From assembly GCF_963921235.1 (NCBI RefSeq), contig NC_086107.1:113028001-113092000 (forward strand): a DNA stretch of 64,000 bases, written 5' to 3'. This DNA comes from Mobula hypostoma. Taxonomy: Eukaryota. A program made the position numbers and the translations under genes. The notes under the pieces were generated by a model. That model searched no databases. It worked only from the letters and a program-made list of their open reading frames with translations, and had not been told where the DNA came from. Positions 1 to 13,879 of this stretch are shown here, one piece after another; within the stretch, counting starts at the first letter, position 1; every line of letters starts with the position of its first letter.

Positions 1-984
1 AGCAAAAAGCAAGCTCCAATCTAGTTTAGGATTGTAGGGTTCTACTATTAGGCAACCAAATTTATTTGGTGTCCCATTTGAGAAAGTAACCTGCTTTTAT
101 TTGGGGAAGATGATGTAACTTTAGACACAAGTTTTACTTCTACGGTATAAGAAGCTGTACTGAAAATGCTGCTCATAGAACTTTATTAAATCATTGTCAC
201 AGGACACCGATATGCCAAGGGTTCAAAATTATAGTCAATTTCACAATCTCAATGACCACATATATCAGGATAGTAATTTTTTACAACAAGATCTTGAGAA
301 TCTGCTGGAGGCAATACCCCAAAGCAGACCCTTCAAGAGATCCACAAAGCCAAGGAAGCAGCTTCTAACCTCCACTGTCTCGGTATGCATCACCCAGACA
401 GTCTGAGCAACAAGAGTCAACCTTGATTTCAAGCACATGCCCCCCCCCCACCCCCCACCATTCCATTAGCTTGTCACTTGGTATATCATCATCCAAAGGT
501 AACTGGCACTTGATCCTGCCTTTCAAAAACGCAAAATTTACATATTTTGCTTAACTCTCATAATCCACCCCACCCCCAACCTGTGTGGTGCATTGCCCTT
601 GTACTTAATAAAGCATTTGCAAAACCAAGCAGCATACCAAAAGTAATTTGTTGTGATGTCTGCTCAGCTTAGTGGCATTGGGAAGGAAAAACTGGTCTGC
701 CTTAATCAATTAAAAGGTGCCCCCCTCCATAGCATTTGAGAACAGACCGTCCCAGCCATAAACCCACAGCCACAATTAATACACAAGTTCTTGGCCAGAT
801 ACCAAGCTGCTGCCCTATCAACTGGCATTTCAGGAATAAATAAAGGATTTATTTTGTCTGTAAAAGCTTTACGATGCACACAAAACATAAGGCACCAGAA
901 CACAGGCAGTCCCCAAGTTACACAAGGGTTCCATTCCACAGAACCACCTATATGCCAGCCATTCGATAGCCACCCATCGGTCCA

Positions 985-2192
985 AAGGTAGATGAGTCAC
1001 CTGGACCAGATGGTGTACACCCAGGAGTTCTGAATGAGGTGGCTGAAGAGTTTGTGGAGGTATTAGTAATGATCTTTCAGAATCACTAGATTCTGGAAGA
1101 CTGGAAAATTGCAAACATCACTCTACTCCAAGAAGGGAGCGAGGCAGAAGAAAGGAAACTATAGGAAAGTTAGTCTGACCTGTGGTTGGGAAGATGTTGG
1201 AGTCAATTATTAAAGATGGGGGTTCAGGATATTTAAAGGCACATGATAAGATAGGCTGTAGTCAGCATGGTTTACTCGAGGGAAAATCTTGTCTGATAAA
1301 CCTATTGGAATTATTTGAAGTAACATGCAAGATAGGGATAGACAGAGGAGAATCAGTTGATATTGTGTACTTGGATTTCAGGCCTTTGTCAAGATGCCAC
1401 ACATGAGGCTGCTTAACAAGCTATGAGCCCAAGGTATTACAGGAAAGATTCTAGCATGGATAAAGCAGTGGCTGATTGGCAGGAGGCAAAGAGTGGGAAT
1501 AAAAGGAGCCTTTTCTGACTGGCTGCCTGTGACTAGTGGTGTTCCACAGGGGTTTGTGTTGGGACTGATTCTTTTTACATTGTATGTCAATGATTTAAAT
1601 TTTGGAATGGATGGCTTTGCTGCAGATTGCAGACCATATGAAGATGGTGGGGGGCAGGTAGCTTTGGGTACTTTATTCAAGAAAGGATATGCTGAAACTG
1701 GGAGAGAGTTCAAAGGAGGTTCATGAAAATGTTTCTGGGATTAAATGGCTTGTCATATGCAGAGCATCTGTTGGTCTGCGCCTGTATTCAGAAGAATGAG
1801 CGGTAACCTTATTGAACTCTATCAAATGTTAAAAGGCCTTGATAGAATGGATATGGAGAGGATGTTTCCTATGGTGGCAGAGTCTAAGACCAGAGGACGC
1901 AGTCTCAGAAAAGAGGGGTGTCCTTTCAGAACAGAAATGAAGAGGAATTTCTTTAATCAGAGTAGTGAATCTTGAGGAATTTTTTGCTACAGACAGCTAT
2001 GAAGGCCAAGTCTATATGTATTCTTAAGGCAGGCAGAGGTGTTGACAGATTCTTGATTGGTCAGGGCATGAAGGGATACAGGGAGAAGGTAAGATATGGG
2101 GACTGAGAGGAAAATTGGATCAGCCATAATGAAATGGTGAGGCAGACTCGACGGGCCAAATGGCCTAATTCTGCTCCTATATTTTATGGTCA
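985..2192 (+). mobile_element. Degraded CR1 LINE (RT fragments plus 3' UTR)
   Basis: ORF fragments with VYLDF and SGVPQG motifs; typical CR1 3' end ...TGGCCTAATTCTGCTCCTAT. Confidence 0.9.
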
Positions 2193-2321
2193 TAGCTATT
2201 CACTCTATACAAAGGTTACACTCTTTTCATCAAATATTTACTCCAAACACTACCCATCATTAAACCAGGGCACTGCACCACAGCAGCATAATGGTTAGCA
2301 AAACGCCATTACAGCTCTGAA

Positions 2322-2500
2322 GCTAGCCTGTGGCGTAGCGGTATCAACACTGGTCTTCCAAGTCAATGGTCCTGGGTTCGAATCTGGCCGGCTCCCTGCA
2401 CGCTTTCCATCCATGCTGGGTTGAGCATTGACCTAGCAACTTGGCCCCATACAAACGGTAAGGAAAAAAAAATGCCACCCGATGCGCGAAAAGGAACAAT
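2322..2500 (+). mobile_element. tRNA-derived SINE; related copies near 20180-20390 (+), 44610-44800 (+), 10070-10230 (-) and 40790-40960 (-)
   Basis: A-box TGGCGTAGCGG and B-box GGTTCGAATC followed by a shared body; dispersed copies in the window. Confidence 0.75.
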
Positions 2501-2860
2501 GATAGCTCAGGTGATGGAGCTCAGAGTTCAATTCCTGCATCCTCTAAGAAAGCTTGTGCAATTTTCCCATGTGCGTGCTCCAGTCCCTACCACAGTCCAA
2601 AGACGTAGGTGATTTGGTCATTGTAAATTGTCCTGTGACTAGACTAGGGAGTAAATCAGTAGGTTGCTGGCCACTGCAGCTCGGTGGGCCACAGGACCTG
2701 TTCCCTACTACAGATCTCTAAATAAAATAATGGAATATATACTGCGTTCAGTCAATGACTACAAAACACTGAAAAATCTTTTAAACATGTATGGGAGTAC
2801 TTGCTTGAAGTCAAGAGTTCCACAAGTCACCCCATTACCTCGGGAACTGTGGATTCTTAC

Positions 2861-2924
2861 CATGATTCAGGTTGTTCGCTTTGATGATCTTCTCAGCGTA
2901 TTCTGAGATATTGGAGCATTCAAT
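2861..2924 (-). CDS. PRMT1: PRMT1 coding exon 4 (IECSNISEYAEKIIKANNLNH), post-I region; gene continues beyond window start
   Basis: ttttttaatgacag| acceptor and |gtaaga donor; 64 nt, phase 0 to 1; homologous to [21 protein letters not shown] but divergent. Confidence 0.9.
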
Positions 2925-3330
2925 CTGTCATTAAAAAAAGATATTTTTAACAAGCTAAATGAAAGTCTTATGAAAAAGACATTAAAGCAATAAATCAAAA
3001 ATGCAACTACAACACCCATTCTTCAGCATGAACATAATTATTCAGAAGGACAAGGTGTCCACAACTCCACATGAGAAGTCCCAAGCTCGGTTGCAAAAGG
3101 AGGGCTGGACATGGGGCTAGCAACACCAGTGCTACAGAATTGCTAACAGGAGCTCCGAAGACCTCGTCCCTGGATACGCCAGAACGGTCTACACCTGGGA
3201 AAATTTGAAAAACTGGTTCAGGACAGAGGACTCTGGTCGGTGGCCTTTGCTCCAGTACAAGGAATCCATGTAAAACTGGGCAAAGTTGAACATTGATGGG
3301 TCGTTCATGATCAAGCATTCCAAAGACTAA

Positions 3331-4148
3331 TTAATGTGGATAAATGTGAAGTTATCCACTTTGGCGGCAAAAATAGGAAAACAGATTATTATCTGAATGG
3401 TGGCCGATTAGGAAAAGGGGAGGTGCAACGAGACCTGGGTGTCATTATACACCAGTCATTGAAAGTGGGCATGCAGGTACAGCAGGCGGTGAAAAAGGCG
3501 AACGGTATGCTGGCATTTATAGCGAGAGGATTCGAGTACAGGAGCAGGGAGGTACTACTGCAGTTGTACAAGGCCTTGGTGAGACCACACCTGGAGTATT
3601 GTGTGCAGTTTTGGTCCCCTAATCTGAGGAAAGACATCCTTGCCATAGAGGGAGTACAAAGAAGGTTCACCAGATTGATTCCTGGGATGGCAGGTCTTTC
3701 ATATGAAGAAAGACTGGATGAACTGGGCTTGTACTCGTTGGAATTTAGAAGATTGAGGGGGGATCTGATTGAAACGTATAAGATCCTAAAGGGATTGGAC
3801 AGGCTAGATGCGGGAAGATTGTTCCCGATGTTGGGGAGGTCTAGAACGAGGGGTCACAGTTTGAGGATAGAGGGGAAGCCTTTTAGGACCGAGGTTAGGA
3901 AAAACTTCTTCACACAGAGAGTGGTGAATCTGTGGAATTCTCTGCCACAGCAAACTGTTGAGGCCAGTTCATTAGCTATGTTTAAAAGGAAGTTAGATAT
4001 GGCCCTTGTGGCTACAGGGGTCACGGGGTATGGAGGGAAGGCTGGGTTCTGAGTTGGATGATCAGCCATGATCATAATAAATGGCGGTGCAGGCTCGAAG
4101 GGCCGAATGGCCTACTCCTGCATCTATTTTCTATGTTTCTATGTTTCT
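3331..4148 (+). mobile_element. Young 5'-truncated CR1 LINE (uninterrupted ORF2 C-terminus)
   Basis: 238-aa ORF 3336..4052 ([19 protein letters not shown]); (TTTCTATG)n tail. Confidence 0.95.
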
Positions 4149-4455
4149 AAACAAAGAACATTGGAAAAGAGAGTAAACTACCCAAAACATGGAAACAACA
4201 AGAGTTCAATTCCTGTTTTGCAGTTTTAAGCAGCGTGCCAAGCAGGTGATTTCTCCTCCTCCCCCCACCCACAAGCCCTGGATACGCTGCCTGCTGGTTA
4301 TGAATTGCCAAGTAAAACAAGCCACATATCCTTGTGCTACCAGGGCTCATGTAGCATGGTTGGCACACAGCCACCCCCGATTTCAGAGTAACATAGTTCA
4401 ACAAGAAATAAAGTTACTCTATCTATCGTTTGTTTAAAATAACACAAAGTGATTT

Positions 4456-5760
4456 AGATCATCACCATCAGGTGCCGTGCCCAGTTTGCGCTTTGACTGC
4501 CATGGCCCACACACTTCTGTTTCAGGTCAAGTGGATCAATTCATTGGTATTCATTTCCAGTTCTCTGGCTGCTGTCTCCATCATTATTTGTCGTTGTCTT
4601 CCTCTTGCTTTCTTCCCTTCAATCTTTCCCATAATTACCGTGCATTCTAACTCCTCTTTCCTACTCACACGTCCAATGAAGTTATGTTGCCTTTTCATGA
4701 TCTCATACATTATCTCTTTTTGCGTTTGCTCTGTTCATGACATCCTTGTTAGATATTCATTTCATCCATGATATTTTTTGTATCCTCCTCAAAAATCACA
4801 TCTCTGCTGCTTCAATTTGTTTCCTCCTGTTATTAGATATTGTCCTAACATTTATAACATAACTGGATAAACATAACATTTCAGTACTCTGAGACGTGTT
4901 GTCATGTCTAGCCTAGTGTTGGTCAGTATACTCATCATTCTCGTAAAGGTGTCTTTTGCCATCCCGACTCTTCTTTTGATGTCCATGTCGCACCTGCCAT
5001 CTGATGTCACCCAGCTTCCTAAGTAGCAAAAGTTCTGTACTTGTTTTATGTCTTCCCCGTTTATTCTCAGCCTGCGGATAGGATTCTCCTTCTTTTTGGA
5101 TATCACCACACATTGCCTTTTTGCAATTGACAGACCCATTTTTGCACTTTCTTCAACAACTATATCAATTAAGTTTTGTAGTTCTTCCTCCGTACTTGCA
5201 ATTAACACAGTGTCACTGCATATCTGAAATTATTGATGTTTTCACCAACTTTGATTCCCAAGATGTCTCTTATTTTTTGTCATGTTGTTTCACTGTACAC
5301 ATTAAATAAATCAGGGGAGAAAACACACCCTTGTCTAATGCCTCTTGATTTTCGTAAACTGACTCACTTCTCGGAGTGGCGGAGGTCTTTCGAATCTAGA
5401 TCCAGAGTTTCCTGTACTATTTCAAATAACTTATTGTGCTTCACTTTATCAAATGCTTTTGTGTAGTCGATAAAACAAACAATCTTTTTGCACCCGAATA
5501 GCTCGTTCTGATAGTATTCTTAACATCAATATTGTGTTACTTGTACCTTTGTCTTTCACAAAATCACATTGTTTTTTTACCTGTTTCAGCTTGTATCTTA
5601 CTTTTAGCTCTTGTCATCAAAATTCTTAGAAGTATCTTGGTGATATGACTCATTAAACTTATGGTCCTATGTAATTCACATTCTATTGCTCCAGGTTTCT
5701 CAGGAAGAGTGATAAATACTGATTTTTTCATCTCTTCTGGTATTATTCCAGTCTCATATT
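4456..5760 (-). mobile_element. RTE-clade LINE 3' fragment
   Basis: Frameshifted RT ORFs 5564..5788, 4852..5208 (FCYLGSWVTSDGRCDMDIKRR) and 4522..4710 (GKIEGKKARGRQR). Confidence 0.9.
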
Positions 5761-5926
5761 CAGTCCTGGGTATGGCTCTAAACTGCAACCGGTGATGAGG
5801 CTCTGATTGGGGACGTTCAGAGCTTTGGGAAAAGTGGAGTTACCCCTTAGCGATTTAGATACAGCTCTTGAAGCCAGGGGATTGTATCTTTGGCGATGCT
5901 CTGTATAGACCCTTGGCTTAATATCA

Positions 5927-6298
<372 letters not shown>

Positions 6299-6614
6299 TC
6301 ATGATGGCTGCACAATTAAGACCATAGATGGTCTTTTACCACAGACCTACTTCCCTGCATCCCATAATCCTGGATACCCAATAATATAAATCTTGTCAGT
6401 ACCTGCCTCCACAGCCTTCCTGGGGAGCTCATTCCAAAGACACACCACCCATCAAGTGAAGAAATTTCTTCTCATCTCTGTCCCAAGGGGCCAAACCTTA
6501 TTCCAAAACCATGACCATCGCTTCAGGTGAAACATAATCCTCACCTCTCCCATCAAGCCCTATTAGAATATTGAACAGTTCATTAACATCACCATATTCT
6601 CTTAAACTCTAGAT

Positions 6615-6694
6615 CAGGGGTTCCCAAACTAGGGACCATAGACCCTTCAGTTAATGGTAGGAGTCCATGGCATAAATAAGGTTGGGAACTGCTG
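6615..6694. mobile_element. hAT-type MITE (similar copies near 16725-16802 and 18263-18335)
   Basis: TIRs CAGGGGTTCCCAA / TTGGGAACTGCTG with a degenerate 8-bp TSD CTCTAGAT/CTCTGGAG. Confidence 0.75.
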
Positions 6695-7620
6695 CTCTGG
6701 AGTCTAGAGCAATCTGTTTTTCTTTATTCAACAAACAAGACCACACTGCTGGAATTCTGGTGACCTTTGGCTGCACTCCCTTGATCACAACTGTATCACT
6801 GGGTCAGGCGACCAGACCTGCGTACAATATTTCAGACGGAATGTCACCAAGGCCTTACAGAGCAAGATATTTCTATTCTTACTGCCCATTACACCGCTGG
6901 CATTTAGGGCAGCTGTGAAGGTTCTCCATCTCTGTCTGTCCTTACTGTCACACACAGATAGAGGATTCTTCATTTCTGTTTCCATATTTTATTTTACCAG
7001 CCAAGAGTTGTCAGTCCTGAGCTGAACCTCTGAACCTGAAGGATCGGTGGTCCACTTAGTCTGGAATTTACTCTTTGACCTGCTTGCTATGGGTGACCCT
7101 ACCAAGAACCAAACCATAAAGCCCCGACTTCAGCCAACATAGCTCTCTGGGCCACTAAGGAACACAAGCCTCCAAACCCTACAACTTGGAGGAAGGCACT
7201 TGTATGCTTGCATTCAAATCCTCTTGCTACAAAGTGTGATATCCGGCTATTGATATTTGGCCATGATCTCATCACATGAAATGAAGAGCTAGGAACCAAA
7301 ACCTCCTAGTTTGCCATCCCAAGTTATGGTCATATTAAGTGATAGGCTATATAAAAAAAAAAATGAAGTGTTCTAGTAAACATCAATACTAGAAACAGAG
7401 TTCCTTCAGAACCACACATGACTGTCACATTATTACAATATCCTGAAATGCTGTAAGATCAATGTACTTTTCCCAAACTGATATAATGTAAGAAATGAGA
7501 GCCAGCATGCACAACACAAGCTCTTGTTCGTCCCATAAAAAGAAAGCCTAAAAACGCCAACGGGTCATTAAGGAAAAAATATTGGCTATATATAATACAA
7601 CTCCTACGGGATCTTTTTCA

Positions 7621-7788
<168 letters not shown>

Positions 7789-8167
7789 TCAAATTAGGTG
7801 CAAATACAAGTTCAGGCTAAGAAATTATTGACCGTAATCCTGAGTTTGCTGTGAGAAAAGCTCACATTCTAAAACTACTGCAGAAAAGAACACTGGCTTG
7901 ACTTTAAAATTTTCGTCAGTTGTAAATCCAGTACCCCCATACCTCTGGCATTTACACCCCAATTTGTGTTTTCATCATTCTGGCTTAATAAGCCAAAATT
8001 ACTCCAACCTCAAAAGTTGGCATTTCAACAGCCAAACATGTAACCCAAGAGTTATCACAGTCTTCCCTCGTTTTTGAAAGACGTTTGGGGTTGGTTGGCA
8101 AGAGCAGTGGCAGAAAAAAGATGTACAGTTGAGAAGTGTAGAGCAAGGAATACTTAGGCTGCATACA

Positions 8168-8620
8168 CATTCAGAGGCCACTTTATTACACATAGGAGTG
8201 GAACCCACATCTGCTGCTGCTGTAGCCCATCCACTTCTAGACTCTTCACGTTGTGTGTTCAGAGATGCTCTTCTACAGACCACTGATGTAACATGTGGTT
8301 ATTTGAGTTACTGTTACCCTAACCAGCCTGGCCAATCTCCTCTGACCTCTCCCATTAATAAGGTATTTTTGCCCATAGAACTATCAATCACTAGATTTTT
8401 GCACCATTCTCTGCAAACGCTAGAGACTGTTCTATGAGAAAATCCCAGATCAGCAGCTTCTAAGATAAGCAAACCACCCTATCTGGCACCTAGATTACAT
8501 TTCTTCCCATCTAATGTTTTGTCTTCACAACTGAACCTCTCCACCATGTCTGCATGCTTTTATGCCACATGGTTGGCTGATGCAATAAGCAGGTGTAGCT
8601 AATAAAGTGGTCACTCAGTA
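8168..8620 (-). mobile_element. Non-autonomous Tc1-like element
   Basis: TIRs resembling CACTCAGTGGCCACTTTATTA; internal Tc1 N-terminal relics shared with copies at 12640-13040, 24032-24572, 43831-44140, 46430-46640 and 56507-56853. Confidence 0.8.
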
Positions 8621-10418
8621 TATGATTGGCTGCTTTATCTGCCCATCAATCAGAGGCTCGAATGTTTTCACCTACTCTACTGCTTTCTTACAGCAAGATA
8701 CAAGACCTTTGGACCATCTAGGTTTCACTGGCTGTCATGCACTGATTTATACTAATCTCACTTTATTCTCCTTCCACCCCCATCAACTACTTTTGTTGCT
8801 TGTTTTGCAGTTTTTGTCACTTTGCTGTTATCGTGTTTGCCAACTACTGTGGGTATGCTACGTTGACACCAGAATGTGCTGGCCACACTTGCGGTCTACA
8901 CCATCCCCCCCCCCGAAGTGTTGGTTGTCAACGCAAACAACTTACTTTACTATAAATTTCCATGTACATGTAATAAACTTGAATCTTGAAATTTCTCTCA
9001 GATTTTGCCACTCACCTACAAAATTGGGGAAATTTACAGTAGAAATTGGCTCAAATCTTGAGCTGTGGGAGGGGAAACCCACACAGTTGGATGTCACGTA
9101 GACATTTTTTTAAAAAAACAAGAGTGGTAAGTGCGAGGAATGCACTGCCTGAGGTGAAGGTAGAGGCAGACAAAGTCACTTAAATAGGCATATGGATGAA
9201 AGAAAAACGCCACTTTGGTTAAGGTTAAAAGGTCGGCACAACTGTGGGCTGAAGACTACTATCCCGTTCTAGGTCACATGAAAGTGCAAGGCAGTACTGG
9301 AGGTCACAATGGAAGCTTCAGGTTTTTGGAGCTGTGAGGTGGCAGCACAACCCACCGCCCCACTTTCCTATCAGCAAATTCACTTTGTTATAAATATTTC
9401 AAGTCAAATATGGATTTTTGCAGGATGTCATCTGTCAATCAAGCCATTTTGAGAACTTCATGTACTCAATACTTTGAGCATATCAATCAGCAACAGTGCT
9501 ATTCTGTTGCTAATGAATTTTATAGCCAGATCAATACTCTGAACACCTTGGTTCAGATGTGTATACATGGTGTCCTTTGCAAATTCCCTTGAAAACTTTG
9601 TGCAGTGACCTGCCCTTTACAAATCCATGCAACCTGCCGATCCCTTAAGAAGTTTTAAAACTGCTTCGATGCCCGTGTCTTCTAATTAGTAAGTATAACC
9701 CACAGGAAATTTGGGCTAAATAGCCTGAAGTGCTTCAATTTTTCCCATTTCTCTTAAACCTTTGGCTGAAGCGCAGAGTATTTCAGTTCAAAGGAGCAGC
9801 ACCAATCGAGAGAATTGACAATGTTGAAGTTGTATGACGTTGGTGAAGCCTAATTTGGAGTAAAGTGTGCAGTTCTGGTCACCTACCTACAGAAAACATG
9901 TAAATAAGGTTGAAAGAGTACAGAGAAAATTTACAAGGAAGTCACGAGGAGTAGGACAGGTACATGGATGGTACCTGTATGGAGGGCTATGGGTGGGCAT
10001 TTTTTTTGCGTGTGCCATACTCTGCCAGAGCCTCGGTGACCACTTTTTTAAGTGGTTGTCTTGGAGGAAAGATTCTCTGAGTGGTCTCCCATGTCCTTCT
10101 CACAGTTTTTTTTAAACAAGGCTCTGTTGCAAGCTCGACACTGAACCCGGCACGGATGAAAAGTGTGCCCGGGAGCGGCTGGACCGGATTCGAGCTCGGG
10201 AACCTTCGCTCTAGAGTCCGGCGTTAATGTTATTGCACCATCAGCCGGCTCATGGACGGGAATAGGCAGTCTAAATGCTTCAGCATGAACTATATGGGCC
10301 AAAGGGCCTGTTTCCATCATCATCATGCCAAATATTATAGCAAGGGTATGTGCTACTTAAAACAAGTAAAATATAGTACTGGGCACCCGACTCTTTAGTA
10401 CTGTTACCTTTATTAGTA

Positions 10419-10571
10419 CAGGTTGACCTTCACTAATCTGGCACCATTGGGACCTGAGGAGTGCCGAATTAGTGAAAATGCCGAATTCCAGAAGGATCAC
10501 ATTGAGCATAATCAGTGCCGGATTATCAAAGGAACCGGATTACAGGTAGTTGGATTAGTAAAGGTCGACCT
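10419..10571. mobile_element. Tc/mariner-type MITE
   Basis: Imperfect TIRs CAGGTTGACCTTCACTAATC / GATTAGTAAAGGTCGACCTC flanked by TA. Confidence 0.6.
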
Positions 10572-11004
10572 CTACTATATTCAGTTTGCCGAGCCTTTCC
10601 CAACTCCAGAATTACCCAATGATGTACACAGTGTGCCATTATTTCCTCTTTTGCAAAGGCTGCCACACACAATTTAACGTAATTTTGCATTTTATTTGCT
10701 TTTAACTTCAATAACATGGCTAAGGGCCTCATATTATTCCTGGCCGCACTTTTCTCTAATGCAATTAAAAACTGGGATGGATTTGAGGCATTTTCAATTT
10801 TATTGTGCTTTTGGATGTTAAATATTTGAACATTGGTATATCAGATTTGAATTCTAACAGCTTGAATTTGTGATGTCTTGCTATTGTTGACATCCCTCTA
10901 TGCTTTATAGGGATGAACCAAAAATGAAATGTTAAATCATTAGGGAACAGAAATAGAGGGAGATGTTTGTAAAGTAATTCCTGAGTTAGCATAGTTCAAA
11001 TAAA

Positions 11005-12293
11005 TTTAAGTCATCACTGTTCATTGTCATTTCGACCATAACTGCTGGTATAGTACAGTAAAAACTAGACAACGTTTTTCAGGACCATGGTGCTACATGA
11101 AACAATACAAAAACTACACCGAACTACGTAAAACAGTGCAGGCATTACAATAAACAATTAAGACAATAGGCACAGTAGAGGGCAGTAGGTTGGTGTCAGT
11201 CCAGGCTCTGGGTATTGAGCAGTCTGTTGGCTTGGGGGATGAAACTGTTACATAGTCTGGTCATGAGAGCCCAAATGCTTTGGTGCCTTTTACCAGATGG
11301 CAGGAGGGAGAAGAGTTTGTATGAGGGGTGCATGGGGTCCTTCATAATGCTGTTTGCTTTACAGATGCAGCATGTGGTGTATGTCTCTAATGGCAGGAAG
11401 AGAGACCCCGATGATCTTCTCAGCTGACCTCACTATCTGCTGCAGGGTCTTGTGATCCAAGATGGTGCAATTTCTAAACCAGGCAGTGATGCAGCTGCTC
11501 AGGATGCTCTCAATACAACCTCTGTAGAATGTGGTGACGATGGGGGGTGGGAAATGAACTTTTCTTAGCCTTTGCGAAAGTAGAGACGCTGCTGGGCTTT
11601 CTTTGCTATGGAGCTGGTGTTGAGGGACCAGGTGAGATTCTCCGCCAGGTAAACACCAAGAAATTTGGTGATCTTAACGATCTCTACGGAGGAGTCGTCG
11701 ATGTTCAGCAGAGAGTGGCCATTCCGTGTCCTCCTGAGGTCAACAACCATCTCTTTTGTTTTGTTCACATTCAGACAGGTTGTTGGCTCTGCACCAGTCC
11801 GTTAGCCGCTGCACCTCCTCTCTGTATGCTGACTCATCGTTCTTGCTGATGAGACCCACCAGGGTCGTGTCATCGGCGAACTTGATGATGTGGTTCGAGC
11901 TGTGTGTTGCAGCACAGTCGTGGGTCTAGCAGAGTGAACAGCAGTGGACTGAGCACACAGCCCTGGGGGGGCCCCGTGCTCAGTGTGACGGTGTTGGAGA
12001 TGCTGCTTCCAATCCGGACTGACTGGGATCTCCCAGTCAGGAAGTCTAGGATCCAGTTGCAGAGGAAGGTGTTCCGGCCCTGTAGGCTCAGCTTTCCAAT
12101 CAGTTTCTGAGGAATGATTGTGGTGAATGCTGAACTGAAATCTACGAACAGCATTCGAACGTATGAGTCTTTTTTGTCCAGGTGGGTTAGGGCCAGGTGG
12201 AGGGCGATGGCAATGGTGTCATCTGTTGAACGGTTGGGACAGTACGCAAACTACAGGGGGTCCAGTGAGGGGGGCAGCAGGGTCTTGATGACC
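11005..12293 (-). mobile_element. Rex1/Babar-like LINE 3' fragment
   Basis: ORFs 11870..12154 ([21 protein letters not shown]) and 11565..11768 (KTKEMVVD, KAQQRLYF). Confidence 0.9.
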
Positions 12294-13879
12294 ATAAGAC
12301 AAATGAGCAGAAGTTGGCCATTCGCCATTTTATCATGAGCTGATCCATCCTCCCATTTAGTCCCACTCCCCCGCCTTCTCACCATAATCTTTGATGCCCT
12401 GGCTACCCAGATACCCATCAATCTCTGCCTTAAACACACCCAATGACTTGGCCTCCACTGCCGCCCGTGGCAACAAATTCCATAGATTCACCACCCTCTG
12501 GCTAAAAAATGACACATTATACAACCTTGAGATTTGTTTTCTCGCAGGCATACTTAGTAAATTCAAGAACTATAACAGAATCGATGAAAGACTGTACCAA
12601 TAGGGTGGACAAACAACTAATGTCCAAAAACAAAAATAAAACACATCAAGTGAGCAGCAGTTCTGAGGGCAAAAACACTTCGTTAATAAGAGGTCAGAAC
12701 CAGTCAACAGACTGGTTCAAGCTGAAAGGAAGGCGATAGTAACTCAAATAACCACACGTTACAACAGTTGTGTGCAGAAGAGCATCTTTGATCGTACAAC
12801 ATGTAAATCTGAGTCTAGGGTTTACAAAGAAAGGTGTGGGGGAAAAAAAAACAACCATTGAATGGCAGTTTTGTCAGGGGAGAATGGCCAGCCTAGTTGA
12901 AGCTGACAGGAAGGTGACAGTAACTCAAATAAACAGCAGGGTACTGACACAACACATTGAACCTTCAAGTGGATGGGCTACAGCAGCAGAAGCCCACACC
13001 AAATTCCACTCCTGTACCCAATAAAGTGGCCACTGAGTGTATTTCAATGCTGGCAAAGATGAGGTCACCTGAGAAATAATTTCTAAATGATGAAGAGCTA
13101 TAAATAGGAGGAACAAAGAGACTTGAGAGCCACATAGAACAGAAGCATTATTAACAGGTACTGAAATAGTCAAAAGGAATGAGTATAGAGAAGCAAGCAC
13201 AAGGGGATAATGACAACAATGCCACTATAGGAAGATGTGCTGATTTAGATAACAATCTAATCATGTTCCCAGGCATTTGCACCTTAAAAAAATCAGACTA
13301 GGATTGAGGGAATGGAGTATTAACTGGAATGATACTTGGCTAACTGTGCTCACAATTTAGAAGATTAAACTGAACAGATGTAGCACTGTGATGCAAAGGA
13401 ATGGAGCATTTGTGTGTGTAGGCTGTGTATGGGGTATGGGGGGGAGGAAGAAGAGAGGGCTGATGAGATGAACAGGGGCTTTACATGTAGAAAGACAGTG
13501 GTGGGGGGAGAGGAATTCAGAAAAGGGCAGGATGAGCAAATTAGGGAGCAGGAGTGTGAGATGGGCAGCTGGCACCTTGGGGGCAGGAGAACATGGGAGC
13601 TCAGTGTAAGGGGAAGGTGGGTGACAATGACTGAACAGAAATAGAGGCAAGAGTGGGAAAGTGAGGAGGTAGGGGAAGGTGGGAGGGAGGAAACTGAGGG
13701 GGGTGGGGGCAGAGGGAAGGAGGGAACAAGGGAACAAATTGGTGGGGGAGGGGGAGGAGTGGGCCAGAACGAAGGGGGTAACAATGAATGGTGGTTTTGG
13801 TAGGTTAAGCAAGCATGAGACCAGAGTGTGGAAGGAGTGGGCCTGAGGGAGGAGACAGAGGGATGGGATGGGATGGGCT

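Noticed and set aside
4320..4380. Hairpin with UGAG in the loop (CAB-box-like) in PRMT1 intron 3
   Set aside because: No adjacent H box or second hairpin with ACA.
9455..9575. Three short hairpins with ATAAAA and ACA on the PRMT1 sense strand (H/ACA-like)
   Set aside because: Lower stems are weak, pseudouridylation pockets are unclear and an extra hairpin precedes the ACA; unsupported without a covariance-model hit.
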